Notes under the pieces: generated by a model | Databases searched by the model: none | The model's input: the letters and a program-made list of their open reading frames with translations, nothing else | Told to the model about the DNA's origin: nothing | From: an uncultured bacterium | GTDB lineage: Bacteria > DUMJ01 | Length of the DNA: 64,000 nucleotides | Direction of reading: 5' to 3' | Assembly: GCA_937958695.1 (NCBI GenBank) | Contig: CALGNK010000017.1 | Location: 8,225 to 72,224, forward strand | Translations under genes and position numbers: made by a program | Shown here: positions 1 to 10,048 of the stretch, in pieces | Layout: every line of letters starts with the position of its first letter | Numbering within the stretch: position 1 is the first letter of the stretch

Positions 1-1128
1 TTCCATCAACATCTCAAAGTTTACATCCCAAAGCCAAGAGACATCAGTTCCATCCTGTATATTATCGTTTATAATAAGTAAGACCGAGATGTCTCTTTTA
101 TTAGATAGAAGACGTATTATCTCGTTGAAACCAGCTGGATTCTTGGCTAAGAGGATATATACAGTCTTTCCTTTGAAGTTGAACCTTTCCCCCCTACCGA
201 ATACAGTCCTAACATTACTAATATTCTCTAAGCTTTTCTCTATAGATATCCCTATAGAGTAGCAGGATAAGAGGGCAGAGATGGTATTGTATATATTATA
301 AATACCTGGTAATTTTGTATCTATGTGAAAACTTCTCTCTTTAAAAGATATATCGAAGGAAGAATTATCTAAGTCAGAGTTGATGTTATATGCAACTATA
401 TCAGGCTTTCTCCTCTTAAACCCGCAAGCTGGACATTCAAATATGCCCTGATGCCCCATATATCTTTTATAATAGAGTAATGTCTCATCACAGAATGGAC
501 AGGACTTTATATCAGCAATACCTGAGTATAAATCTTCACTCTCATACTCTAAGCCAAAGTATAATGTATTAACAGGTATATTGTATGTAACACTAGAAAC
601 CAAAGGATCATCAGCATTTATAACAAATGTGATATCAGGATTAGCTTCTGCTATGCTTCTAAATGTCTTTGCTAACTTATCGACCTCACCATACCTATCT
701 AATTGATCACGAAAGAGATTAGTAATGACAATTGTATCTGGCTTTACCTCTTTAACCAATAGATTTAGATTTGCCTCGTCAATCTCAAAGACACCAACAG
801 CATCTGAAAATTTATTGTTAAAAGAGTATCTCTCTATGAGACTAGTACAGACTCCTCTAACAAGGTTTGCCCCTGCCCTATTATGAACACAATCAATCCC
901 TAATCCATCCAATATGGTAGCTATAACCCTAGCAGTTGTAGTCTTACCATTTGTCCCTGTTACAAATATCTTGAATCTTAACTTTTCCCCTAGCTCTTTC
1001 AGTATAGGAGGATATATAGATAACGCTAATTTACCAGGATAGCTTGTCCCACCAAATCTGAATATACGAGATGAAACTATGGCTAATTTTCCAATTAGAA
1101 CACTAGTATAAAACCTCGTTGATTTCAT
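1..1128 (-). CDS. murT: MurT-type Mur ligase family protein (lipid II isoglutaminyl synthase subunit), 3' end runs off window
   Basis: Not in ORF track; manual translation from ATG 1128 (ATGA overlap with ilvC stop): MKSTRFY...GTSYPGKLA...VTGTNGKTTT...HNRAGANL...FEIDEA...TNLFRDQLDRYGE...CPFC...CPACG. Confidence 0.85.
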   Translation of the reverse strand, partial: MKSTRFYTSVLIGKLAIVSSRIFRFGGTSYPGKLALSIYPPILKELGEKLRFKIFVTGTNGKTTTARVIATILDGLGIDCVHNRAGANLVRGVCTSLIERYSFNNKFSDAVGVFEIDEANLNLLVKEVKPDTIVITNLFRDQLDRYGEVDKLAKTFRSIAEANPDITFVINADDPLVSSVTYNIPVNTLYFGLEYESEDLYSGIADIKSCPFCDETLLYYKRYMGHQGIFECPACGFKRRKPDIVAYNINSDLDNSSFDISFKERSFHIDTKLPGIYNIYNTISALLSCYSIGISIEKSLENISNVRTVFGRGERFNFKGKTVYILLAKNPAGFNEIIRLLSNKRDISVLLIINDNIQDGTDVSWLWDVNFEMLME

Positions 1129-2117
1129 CTCCTTCCTAAGACTTTATAGAGTTTATCCTCCTCCTTGCAGATAGGATGAGATAGAGCTATCTTCCAAAGT
1201 CTACTGAAAGAGGGGAGCCCTAATAACTGTTCTAAACCCCACTCTCTAGCAAAACGTCCATCCTTAATCTCCTCAATTGCAGATTTCATAAGTTCTTTCA
1301 TGTCTTCTGTGATATAACGCTTACCCCAAGTCATATGTCCATACTGACTTGTGTGCGAGTGTAGACTCAATTGGTTCCAAAGTCCAAACTGAGCTATTGC
1401 ATGACCTATCTCTCCTAGCTCTCCAGAAGCATATAATTCTAAGATGGCAACTTCTGGGCTGACCCCTTCTTCTACAAGAACCTCATAGCAAGCCTGAAGA
1501 AGGTATAGCATCGCCCCTGCCCAAGAGTGTTCGCTAAAGAGGTCAACAAGAGTCTCTTCATAGAAGCTCGATTCGACTGCACAGCCACCTGGTAAAAATG
1601 CACCTATACCCTTTGATATAGCTAGTGCATAATCCCAAGCCTTACCTGAGGCATCTTGTTCTACTCCAACTAGAACAGGAAAACCTTTACCTTGCAAGAA
1701 GAGATCTCTAACTCCCTTTCCTATCATCCTAGGAGCTACTAAGACTACATCTACATCTTTTGGTAGCGTTATAAAACCATAGGTGATATTATAGCCACTG
1801 GCAAAATCTAGCACCTTACCCTTGGATAAATGTGGGAGGACGTCATTTTCCATTACCCTTGGAGCAACCTCATCTGGAATGAGAAGTAGAATAATCTCTG
1901 ATTCTTCTGCAGTCTCACTAATACTCTTTACAGTAAAACCATCAGAAATAGCCAAGTCCCAGGCTTTGTCTTTTATATTTCCGATAATAACATTTAAACC
2001 ATTGTCTCTTAAGTTTAGAGCCTGAGACCTTCCCTGGTTTCCATAACCTATAATACCTATAGTCTTATCCTTCAGTATATCTAGACTTGCATCCTTATCC
2101 ATAAATATCCTTGCCAT
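1125..2117 (-). CDS. ilvC: Ketol-acid reductoisomerase, divergent class I (Sulfolobales ilvC-2-like)
   Basis: GYGNQG Rossmann motif, LLIPDE, VAPRMIG, ETLVDLFSEH; start moved to ATG 2117 behind AGAGGTGA SD. Confidence 0.85.
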   Translation of the reverse strand: MARIFMDKDASLDILKDKTIGIIGYGNQGRSQALNLRDNGLNVIIGNIKDKAWDLAISDGFTVKSISETAEESEIILLLIPDEVAPRVMENDVLPHLSKGKVLDFASGYNITYGFITLPKDVDVVLVAPRMIGKGVRDLFLQGKGFPVLVGVEQDASGKAWDYALAISKGIGAFLPGGCAVESSFYEETLVDLFSEHSWAGAMLYLLQACYEVLVEEGVSPEVAILELYASGELGEIGHAIAQFGLWNQLSLHSHTSQYGHMTWGKRYITEDMKELMKSAIEEIKDGRFAREWGLEQLLGLPSFSRLWKIALSHPICKEEDKLYKVLGRR

Positions 2118-2122
2118 AGTCT

Positions 2123-3412
2123 TCACCTCTTAAATATTTTATAAACTCTTTCGGCTAATTCGGATATCTTAAATCTTTCGAACCCTATTACAATACTCTC
2201 TACAGTATCATTCAAAGGTCTTATCCATTTCTCGGGAAGGTTCTTACCACCAAGTAAGACTCCCATTATAGAACCAGCAGTAGCGCCATTACAATCAGTA
2301 TCGAATCCACACATAACACTTGTAGTTATTGCCTTCTCAAAGTCCCCCTCTGATAGCATAAGTCCAAGAACAACAAAACAGGCATTATTTATAGTATGAA
2401 CGGGATGATAATCTCCATACTGATCCATAATTTTAGACCAAACATTCTTCCAATCCTTTTCCTTTCTGCACCAATCCATAACATTATTGATTGCTTCATA
2501 AAGTCTAGAGGTCTTTGGTATCTCTGTAAGTCCTATCTCTATTGCAGACTCAACATTATCTACAACAAATGCAGAAGAGATTGTAGAAGAAATAAACATC
2601 TCGCCATAGATGCCATTTTTAGTGTGGGATAGAACGGCATCCCTATATGCAAATTCCCCTGCCCTCTCAGGATGACCAGGATTTACATAGCCGAAGATGT
2701 CAGCCCTTATCTGCGCTCCTATCCACTCTCTATAAGGATTCATAAACATAGCGGTCTCAGGGGGCTTTATTCCATTAACCAGATTCCTATAGGCAATCCT
2801 CTCCGCAGTATAGACAAGTAGGTATGGAAGATGTGTAAGCCACTCATTTGCTATATCATTGGTAGTAAATGAATCACCATAAGTCTCTAAGATATGTAGA
2901 CCAAGGATCGTATAATCTATATCATCATCTCTAACCATCCTATCTATGTTTCCGGCTGTCCAACTCTTTACCTGTTTTATCCTTTTAAATGGTTCTTCAT
3001 TAGATTCTAGATATGGGAAATAGTAATCTAGCTTCTCTATACCAGCGATATCTAAATACTCTTCTATATCTTTTCTCTTCCAGCCTTCGACTGGTTTTCC
3101 TAAGAGACAACCAGCACATCTACCAAGAATACCACCTAGAATCTTATCTTTTATAGTATCTTCAGATATATGGATATCTAATCTTCTTGGTCCATCTGGT
3201 CTATATCTTTTTATCCCCTCTAGATCTGAAGGTTCTGTATAGAGAAAATTCTCAGATGGCTTTAGGCTTAAAAGTTCCTTGTAGAGGTTCAAAATAATGT
3301 CTTCTGTAAGGAGATTGGGGTCAAAATTCTTGAAAAAAGAAACATCACAGCCTTCTTCTTCTTTTTCTTTCATTTCATCTACAAAAAGCCTTCTCATTTC
3401 ATTTATATCCAT
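2123..3412 (-). CDS. ADP-ribosylglycohydrolase family protein
   Basis: GCLLGKPVEG, RDDDIDYT, NPYREWIGAQIRAD, GFDTDCNGATAGS metal motifs. Confidence 0.85.
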   Translation of the reverse strand: MDINEMRRLFVDEMKEKEEEGCDVSFFKNFDPNLLTEDIILNLYKELLSLKPSENFLYTEPSDLEGIKRYRPDGPRRLDIHISEDTIKDKILGGILGRCAGCLLGKPVEGWKRKDIEEYLDIAGIEKLDYYFPYLESNEEPFKRIKQVKSWTAGNIDRMVRDDDIDYTILGLHILETYGDSFTTNDIANEWLTHLPYLLVYTAERIAYRNLVNGIKPPETAMFMNPYREWIGAQIRADIFGYVNPGHPERAGEFAYRDAVLSHTKNGIYGEMFISSTISSAFVVDNVESAIEIGLTEIPKTSRLYEAINNVMDWCRKEKDWKNVWSKIMDQYGDYHPVHTINNACFVVLGLMLSEGDFEKAITTSVMCGFDTDCNGATAGSIMGVLLGGKNLPEKWIRPLNDTVESIVIGFERFKISELAERVYKIFKR

Positions 3413-3422
3413 AATTAACCCC

Positions 3423-4208
3423 TTACATCAAGGATTTTAAAAACTTAGCTGTCTTTGGAAGCAGTTCATCTGGGTCACCCGGAATCCCACATTCTAATGT
3501 CATATAACCAGAGTATCCTTTCTCTTTTAAAACCTTAAAGGAGCTTGCAAAATCTGTATGTCCCATACCTGGAAGGAGCCTATTACTATCAGCTAGATGA
3601 ATATGGGCTATAAGATCAATATTATTAGAGAGAGATTGAGGGATATTAGCCTCTTCTATATTCATGTGGAAAAAGTCCGCCATTATCTTTAATCCTTTTC
3701 TATGAGTAGCATTTAATATCTCCTTAGCATCGTTTAGAGTTTTTACAAAATGGGTTTCATATCTATTTAAAGGCTCTAATAAAATATATGTACCTTGAGA
3801 ATATGCATATTCACCTAGTTCATTTAAGAGCTCAACGAGTAGTTTCTTTTCTAGCTCTAATACGTTCATAATAGGGGTAAGATCAGGCAGTTTAGGTGGA
3901 CCAAAGATGGGAACTACAACTAGTCCTACAGCTTGTAAGTCAGCACATAAGGAGAGTAACTCTTTTATATCTCTAATAGCCTTACCTCTTTCATCTTTAT
4001 CGGGGTCAAGTAAACATCCACCATAACCAGAACAGATTGTGCTTACCTTTAAATCTCTACCCTTAAGTGCTATTTTCACCTCATCAATTCGCTCTTTCAA
4101 ATTATTTCCCCAAAGCTCTATACCTTCAAATCCGAAGGATTCTAACTTTTCTACCTTTTCTTTAAGGTTAGAACCTTTAACCAGGTTCTCTTGACAGGAA
4201 AGCTTCAT
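3423..4208 (-). CDS. Sugar phosphate isomerase/epimerase (xylose isomerase-like TIM barrel, AP_endonuc_2)
   Basis: LEPLNRYE, ADFFHMNIEE, HIHLADSNR.PG.GH, TLE (ketose 3-epimerase-like metal set). Confidence 0.85.
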   Translation of the reverse strand: MKLSCQENLVKGSNLKEKVEKLESFGFEGIELWGNNLKERIDEVKIALKGRDLKVSTICSGYGGCLLDPDKDERGKAIRDIKELLSLCADLQAVGLVVVPIFGPPKLPDLTPIMNVLELEKKLLVELLNELGEYAYSQGTYILLEPLNRYETHFVKTLNDAKEILNATHRKGLKIMADFFHMNIEEANIPQSLSNNIDLIAHIHLADSNRLLPGMGHTDFASSFKVLKEKGYSGYMTLECGIPGDPDELLPKTAKFLKSLM

Positions 4209-4233
4209 TTATACACCTCCCCAATATAGTTTT

Positions 4234-5592
4234 TTAGTTTCTATAACTAGTAAGAGGAGGAGGTATCCTTCCTCCACGTTTAAAGATATCTATACATGGT
4301 GTACTATTAACACTTATAATAGGTGCCCTACCTAAAAGACCTCCAAGTTCTACCCATTCCCCAGGTTTTCCTCCAGGGACAGGGAGTATTCTTACCGCTG
4401 TGGTCTTATTATGCATAACACCTATAGCCATCTCGTCAAGTATAATTCCCATAAGTGTATATGGAGAGATATCTCCAGGTATTGGAATCATATCAAGCCC
4501 AACAGAACACACATTTGTAAGTGACTCTAATTTCTCTAAAGTAAGGACACCCTTGCCAACCGCTTCAGCTATCCCCTTATCTTCGCTTACAGGAACAAAT
4601 GTTCCACTCAAGCCTCCAACAGATGAAGAAGCCATTAAGCATCCCTTCTTTAGCGCATCGTTTAGAAGAAATAAAAGCCCGGTAGTACCTGGAGCCCCAA
4701 AGGTTTCGACGCCTATCCTTTCTATAATCCTGGCTACACTGTCTCCTTCTTCAGGAGTCGGAGCAAGCGAGATATCTACACTTACAGAATTTATTCCTAG
4801 TCTACTTGCAATCTCCTTACCTATAAATTCACCAGATCTTGTTATCTTAAACGAAACCCTCTTTATCTCTTCTACAATAGATAGGATATCAGCGTCTTTT
4901 GGAAGTCTCTCTATAGCAGACCTTATAGTTCCAGGACCACTTATGCCAACATTTATAACCCTTTCTCCTCTCTTTATACCATGGAAGGCTCCTGCCATAA
5001 AAGGATTATCACCTGGAGGATTACAAAGGACGATCAATTTGGCACATACGATAGGTCTAGCCTTTATTCTAGCAGTTTCTAGTATTACATAACTAGACTC
5101 TCTTATGGCATCTAGATTTATACCCGCCTTCGTTGTAGCAGTAACGATAGATGCGCAGAGCCTTTCTGTCTCATTTAGGATTATAGGAATCGATTTTAAA
5201 AAGACTTTATCCGTAGAGGAAACTTCATATTCCAAAAAGCAGGTGTACCCCCCAATAAAATCTAACCCCACATCTAAGGCAAGTTTATCTAGCTCTTTAG
5301 CAAGGTGTATATAATCTTCTACATCTAGACTAGATATGAGTAGAGAAGCAGGTGTTATAGCAATTCTCTTATTCACTATAGGTATTCCATACTCTAGTTC
5401 TACTCTTTTTATAGTATCCAAAAAGCCTTCTGTAGCATTTAGTAGCTTCTCTCGTAGGCGCTTAATAGTTTCATCTACGCTGTCTCTTCTACAGTCTAAC
5501 AGGTCAACGCCAAGTGTAACAGTTCTTATATCTAGATGCTCTATCTGTATCATCCTAATTGTTTCTAGTATCTCTTCGGTAGTAAATATCAT
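4234..5592 (-). CDS. UPF0210/DUF711 (PFL-like fold) protein
   Basis: LDIRTVTLG, GIPIVNKRIAITP, DNPFMAGAFHG, GGLSGTFVPVSED, CSVGLDM. Confidence 0.85.
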   Translation of the reverse strand: MIFTTEEILETIRMIQIEHLDIRTVTLGVDLLDCRRDSVDETIKRLREKLLNATEGFLDTIKRVELEYGIPIVNKRIAITPASLLISSLDVEDYIHLAKELDKLALDVGLDFIGGYTCFLEYEVSSTDKVFLKSIPIILNETERLCASIVTATTKAGINLDAIRESSYVILETARIKARPIVCAKLIVLCNPPGDNPFMAGAFHGIKRGERVINVGISGPGTIRSAIERLPKDADILSIVEEIKRVSFKITRSGEFIGKEIASRLGINSVSVDISLAPTPEEGDSVARIIERIGVETFGAPGTTGLLFLLNDALKKGCLMASSSVGGLSGTFVPVSEDKGIAEAVGKGVLTLEKLESLTNVCSVGLDMIPIPGDISPYTLMGIILDEMAIGVMHNKTTAVRILPVPGGKPGEWVELGGLLGRAPIISVNSTPCIDIFKRGGRIPPPLTSYRN

Positions 5593-5595
5593 ACC

Positions 5596-5865
5596 CTATA
5601 TCCTATGCATGACCCTAAAGATCTCTTCTCTTTCAAAAGAGACCTTTACTTTGAGTCTTTCTCCTTCCTCTAAGAGCTTCTCTACCAGGGGAGTAATATC
5701 TTCTAGTTTAGTTATATCTACTAATAGAGCCATTACAAAAATGTCACCCATAATAGTTTGTGTTATGTCTAATATGTTAACTCCAAAATTAGCCAATACA
5801 GAGCTTATACCTGCCACTATACCTGTATGGTCTATCCCTGTTACCGTAATTATTGCCCTCTTCAA
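5596..5865 (-). CDS. ACT-domain protein (UPF0237)
   Basis: ITVTGIDHTGIVA...NILDITQT...EEIFRVMHRI; usual partner of DUF711. Confidence 0.85.
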   Translation of the reverse strand: MKRAIITVTGIDHTGIVAGISSVLANFGVNILDITQTIMGDIFVMALLVDITKLEDITPLVEKLLEEGERLKVKVSFEREEIFRVMHRI

Positions 5866-6348
5866 TTATTCCTCTCCAAGACCAAATCCGTCGTGTAGAA
5901 CAATTACAGCCCTTTCTACGTCATCCTCGTTTATTATACATCCAATCTTTATCTCTGATGTGGATATCATATCTATATTTATACCTGCTTCACCTAAAAG
6001 CCCAAACATCTTTGCTGCTATCCCAGGGGTGCTTTGTATCCCAACACCAACAATGGATACCTTACCAACTTTCTTATTGCAAGATACTTCTCTTATGCCT
6101 AGCTCTCTCTTTACATTTTCTAATATCTCTAATGCCCTATCCACATCGTCTATGGGGATTGTAAATGATATATCTGTATAACCAGACTCACTGGCATTTT
6201 GAATAATGTCATCCACATTTATACCAACGTCTCCTAACGGCTTAAATATCTTGTGGGCTATCCCTGGTTTATCTAGGACATGTTTCAATGTTATCTTTGC
6301 TATATCTTTCCTATGAGCAATACCTCTAACTCTGCTTACTGGTTCCAT
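5866..6348 (-). CDS. lysC: Putative aspartate kinase beta subunit from an in-frame internal start (Met245)
   Basis: AGGAGG at 6362-6357, 8 nt before in-frame ATG 6348, at the kinase/ACT boundary (QEVNE-M-EPV). Confidence 0.65.
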   Translation of the reverse strand: MEPVSRVRGIAHRKDIAKITLKHVLDKPGIAHKIFKPLGDVGINVDDIIQNASESGYTDISFTIPIDDVDRALEILENVKRELGIREVSCNKKVGKVSIVGVGIQSTPGIAAKMFGLLGEAGINIDMISTSEIKIGCIINEDDVERAVIVLHDGFGLGEE

Positions 6349-7080
6349 CTCATTTACCTCCTGTATAATAGTTCCTGGCTCATCCTCAAAGGAAGATTTT
6401 ACCTCTATCTTCATATTGTAGATCCACCCTAATTCTACTGCTCTATTATGCATAACTCTAGCTCCTTGGCTGGCAAGTTCTAACATTTCTTCATAAGAAA
6501 TTACATCGAGTTTTTTTGCATTTTTCACTATCCTAGGGTCTGCGGTATATATGCCTTTTACATCGGTAAATATCTCTGTTTTTTCTACCTCTAAAGCTAT
6601 TCCAAGGGCAACAGCGGTTGTATCAGAACCTCCTCTTCCTAAGGTTGTTATATCGTTCTGATCACATATCCCTTGAAAACCAGCCACAACTACAATTTTA
6701 CCTTTCTTCAATTCTTCTTTTATCCTTGTTGGGTCAACGGACTTTATCCTAGCCCTACCAGCGTTTTCATCTGTATATATACCTGCCTGCCATCCAGTTA
6801 GAGAAATAGCAGGTATACCTATGTCCTCCAAAGCCATAGCCATAAGTGCTCCTGAAATCTGTTCTCCGGTTGACATAAGGGCATCCAATTCTCTAGGAGA
6901 AGGTCTTTTAGAAATCTTTTTAGCTAGATCTATCAATTCATCTGTTGTATCACCCATAGCGGAGACTACTACAACAAGATCATTCCCCGCTTCTTTTAAT
7001 CTTGCCAACTTCTTAGCGATATTCTTTATCCTGTCTATCGTTCCTACAGAGCTTCCTCCATACTTATGAACTAGAAGCAT
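5866..7080 (-). CDS. lysC: Aspartate kinase (alpha subunit)
   Basis: KYGGSSV, VVSAMGDTTD, TTLGRGGSD, TADPR, two C-terminal ACT domains. Confidence 0.95.
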   Translation of the reverse strand: MLLVHKYGGSSVGTIDRIKNIAKKLARLKEAGNDLVVVVSAMGDTTDELIDLAKKISKRPSPRELDALMSTGEQISGALMAMALEDIGIPAISLTGWQAGIYTDENAGRARIKSVDPTRIKEELKKGKIVVVAGFQGICDQNDITTLGRGGSDTTAVALGIALEVEKTEIFTDVKGIYTADPRIVKNAKKLDVISYEEMLELASQGARVMHNRAVELGWIYNMKIEVKSSFEDEPGTIIQEVNEMEPVSRVRGIAHRKDIAKITLKHVLDKPGIAHKIFKPLGDVGINVDDIIQNASESGYTDISFTIPIDDVDRALEILENVKRELGIREVSCNKKVGKVSIVGVGIQSTPGIAAKMFGLLGEAGINIDMISTSEIKIGCIINEDDVERAVIVLHDGFGLGEE

Positions 7081-7089
7081 ATCTTCCTC

Positions 7090-8097
7090 CTAAATTAGGC
7101 CTAATTTAATAAGAGATTCTGCTATCTGGACAGCATTTAACGCTGCTCCTTTTCTAATATTATCAGCAACTATCCACATAGCTATACCATTCTCTACCGA
7201 CTCATCTTTTCTTATCCTCCCTACAAATACTTCATCCTTACCCTCTGCCATTATAGGCATAGGATAAACAGCATCCTCCGGCTTATCTACAACGACTACA
7301 CCTGGAGCATTACTTAAGATCTCTCTTACCTCTTCTGGAGTTATAGGTAACTCTGTCTCTATATTTACACTCTCAGAGTGAGCCTTAAATACTGGAACCC
7401 TGACTGTGGTAGCACAGACCTTTATAGAGTGGTCATCTAGGATCTTTCTTGTCTCATTTACCATCTTCATCTCTTCTTTGGAGAAGCCATTAGGGTAGAA
7501 GATATCTATGTGTGGCAGTAGATTAAACGCTATCTGATGAGGATAGATTTTTGGAGATATAGGCTTTCCCTCAAGGATATTCTTTGTCTCTTCCCAAAGT
7601 TCTTCTACAGCTTCTCTTCCTGTGCCGGAGACAGACTGATATGTGGATACAACAATTCTCTTTATCTTAAATCTCTTATGCAGTGGAGCTAATGCTACTA
7701 CCATCTGAATAGTGGAACAGTTAGGATTAGCTATAATGCCTTTATGCTCTCTTAACTTCTCTTCGTTTACCTCTGGGACAACAAGAGGCACATCTGGTTC
7801 CATCCTAAAGGCATTACTGTTATCTATAACTACCGCTCCAGCTTTCACCGCTGATGGAGCAAGTTCTTTACTCCCCTTTTCTCCGGCAGAGAAAAGAGCA
7901 ATCTGAACCCCCTCAAAGCTGTTAGGTGTGGCTTCTTCTACTACTATATCTTGCCCCTTAAATCTAACTACAGTCCCTTGAGACCTGCTTGTAGCTAAAA
8001 GCCTTAGAGACTTAACTGGGAAATTTCTGGTTTCAAGTATAGAGACCATCTCTCTACCTACTAAACCGGTAGCTCCTACTACCGCTACATTATACAT
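7090..8097 (-). CDS. asd: Aspartate-semialdehyde dehydrogenase
   Basis: VGATGLVG, IANPNCST, STYQSVSG, RVPV..HSE, DNIRKGAALN. Confidence 0.96.
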   Translation of the reverse strand: MYNVAVVGATGLVGREMVSILETRNFPVKSLRLLATSRSQGTVVRFKGQDIVVEEATPNSFEGVQIALFSAGEKGSKELAPSAVKAGAVVIDNSNAFRMEPDVPLVVPEVNEEKLREHKGIIANPNCSTIQMVVALAPLHKRFKIKRIVVSTYQSVSGTGREAVEELWEETKNILEGKPISPKIYPHQIAFNLLPHIDIFYPNGFSKEEMKMVNETRKILDDHSIKVCATTVRVPVFKAHSESVNIETELPITPEEVREILSNAPGVVVVDKPEDAVYPMPIMAEGKDEVFVGRIRKDESVENGIAMWIVADNIRKGAALNAVQIAESLIKLGLI

Positions 8098-9008
8098 TCT
8101 TTCACCTCCAATAAAGCACCTTCGTTATCTATCTCTAGGTCAAAGATCTTAGATTCAATATTGTTTTTAAGGAGAATTAACTCTATATCTTCCTTTAACT
8201 GCTTTACTTTATCTATCTTACTAAGAACGGCCATAGATGGTCCAGATCCACTTATCACAACACCTAAGGCACCTCTAGATATAACCTCTTCCTTTATCTT
8301 CTTATAGTTTGGTATATACTTTGCCCTATATGGTTCATGAAGTTCATCTTCTAGTATTAATGGTAAGTCATTTAAGTCTTTAGTCAATAGAGAATTTATA
8401 AATATTCCCATCTTAGCTAGTCCTCTAATTGTTACATCAAGAGGGACACAATCTGGTATTAATTTTCTTGATGGCTCTGTCTTAACATTAAACTGAGGCA
8501 CTGCTACTATAACAGCTATCTCCTCTGGGAAAGGTATTTTCTTAACAAGAATCTCCCCATTATTTACAAGAGAGATTGTGCAACCTCCAAACATTGCAGG
8601 GGTTACATTATCAGGATGTCCTTCAAGTTCTACAGCATATCTTAGTAGAGTTTCTTTAGAGAGATTCTTGCCAGTAAGTGTATTTCCTACCATCAACCCT
8701 GCTACTATCGCAGAGGCACTGCTACCTAATCCTCTACATAATGGGATATTGCTAAAAATCTTTATGGCTAGATGAGGGATGGGTAGATTATACAATCTAT
8801 AAAAGTATTCTATAGCCTTTATAAAACTATTATTCTCTCTCTTAATAAGCTCTTCTCTACCTTCTCCTACTATTTCTATAGTATCTGGAGTATCTGGTTC
8901 TGTTACTCTTACTTCAAATATATTGTATAGCTTTAAAGCTAATCCCAAAGTATCAAATCCAACCCCTAGATTTGCAGTAGTAGCAGGAACTTTAGAAACT
9001 AACATCAT
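8085..9008 (-). CDS. thrB: Homoserine kinase
   Basis: [33 protein letters not shown]. Confidence 0.95.
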   Translation of the reverse strand: MMLVSKVPATTANLGVGFDTLGLALKLYNIFEVRVTEPDTPDTIEIVGEGREELIKRENNSFIKAIEYFYRLYNLPIPHLAIKIFSNIPLCRGLGSSASAIVAGLMVGNTLTGKNLSKETLLRYAVELEGHPDNVTPAMFGGCTISLVNNGEILVKKIPFPEEIAVIVAVPQFNVKTEPSRKLIPDCVPLDVTIRGLAKMGIFINSLLTKDLNDLPLILEDELHEPYRAKYIPNYKKIKEEVISRGALGVVISGSGPSMAVLSKIDKVKQLKEDIELILLKNNIESKIFDLEIDNEGALLEVKECIM

Positions 9009-10048
9009 AGATAATCTGCCAACTCCTCTAAGTTAGGAGATATTACTATGGGTGGAGATGCAGTCTTTACTGCAGTATCCGGATCCTTTAATCCATGCCC
9101 AGTAAGTACACAGGTAACTATGCTTCCCTTCTCTATCTTTTCTTCTCTCACATACTTAATCAATCCAGCTATTGAAGCAGAAGATGCCGGCTCAACAAAG
9201 ATTCCTTCCATGCTGGCAACAAATTTATAGGCGTTTAGAATCTCTTCGTCAGAAACCATGTCTATAATACCACCTGAATCTCTAGCTGCGGATACTGCAG
9301 AATTCCAACTGGCAGGATTCCCTATCCTTATGGCAGTGGCTATTGTCTTTGGGTTCTCTATAGGATGACCTCTTACTATTGGAGCGGAGCCTTCAGCCTG
9401 AAATCCCATCATCTTTGGCAGTTTCTGAACCTTACCATTCTCTTTATACTCTTTAAATCCCTTCCAGTATGCTGTAATATTCCCAGCATTCCCTACTGGT
9501 ATGAAAAGATAATCTGGAGCTTCATTCAACACATCGCATATCTCAAATGCAGCGGTCTTCTGTCCTTCTATCCGGTATGGATTTATTGAGTTAACAATTG
9601 TAACTGGAAATCTTTTCCCTGCCTCTCTAACTAGATTTAAGGCAGAGTCGAAATTCCCCCTAACTGCTATCACCTGTGCACCATACATTAATGCTTGGGC
9701 AAGTTTACCAAGGGCTATAGCTCCTTCGGGGATAAGGACTATCGATTTTAATCCAGCTACGGCAGAATAGGCAGAAGCAGAAGCACTGGTATTTCCAGTA
9801 GAGGCACATATGACAGCTCTAGCTCCTTCTTCAACAGCCTTAGCAATAGCTACAACCATCCCTCTATCTTTAAAGGAACCTGTAGGATTCATTCCTTCAT
9901 ACTTTAGATATACCTTAACTCCTAATTCGTTAGATATATGACTTGCATAGATAAGTGGAGTGTTCCCTTCATAGAGTGTGATCTGAGGAGTTTTTTCATT
10001 TATGGGGAGAAATTCCCTATATTCTTTTAATACTCCACCCCATCTCAC
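9005..10048 (-). CDS. thrC: Threonine synthase
   Basis: [33 protein letters not shown]. Confidence 0.96.
   Translation of the reverse strand: MRWGGVLKEYREFLPINEKTPQITLYEGNTPLIYASHISNELGVKVYLKYEGMNPTGSFKDRGMVVAIAKAVEEGARAVICASTGNTSASASAYSAVAGLKSIVLIPEGAIALGKLAQALMYGAQVIAVRGNFDSALNLVREAGKRFPVTIVNSINPYRIEGQKTAAFEICDVLNEAPDYLFIPVGNAGNITAYWKGFKEYKENGKVQKLPKMMGFQAEGSAPIVRGHPIENPKTIATAIRIGNPASWNSAVSAARDSGGIIDMVSDEEILNAYKFVASMEGIFVEPASSASIAGLIKYVREEKIEKGSIVTCVLTGHGLKDPDTAVKTASPPIVISPNLEELADYL

Noticed and set aside
4400-6181. Long plus-strand ORFs (230, 69 and 281 aa)
   Set aside because: Antisense shadows of DUF711/ACT/lysC, which share one frame; Ser/Ile/Pro-rich, no recognisable motifs
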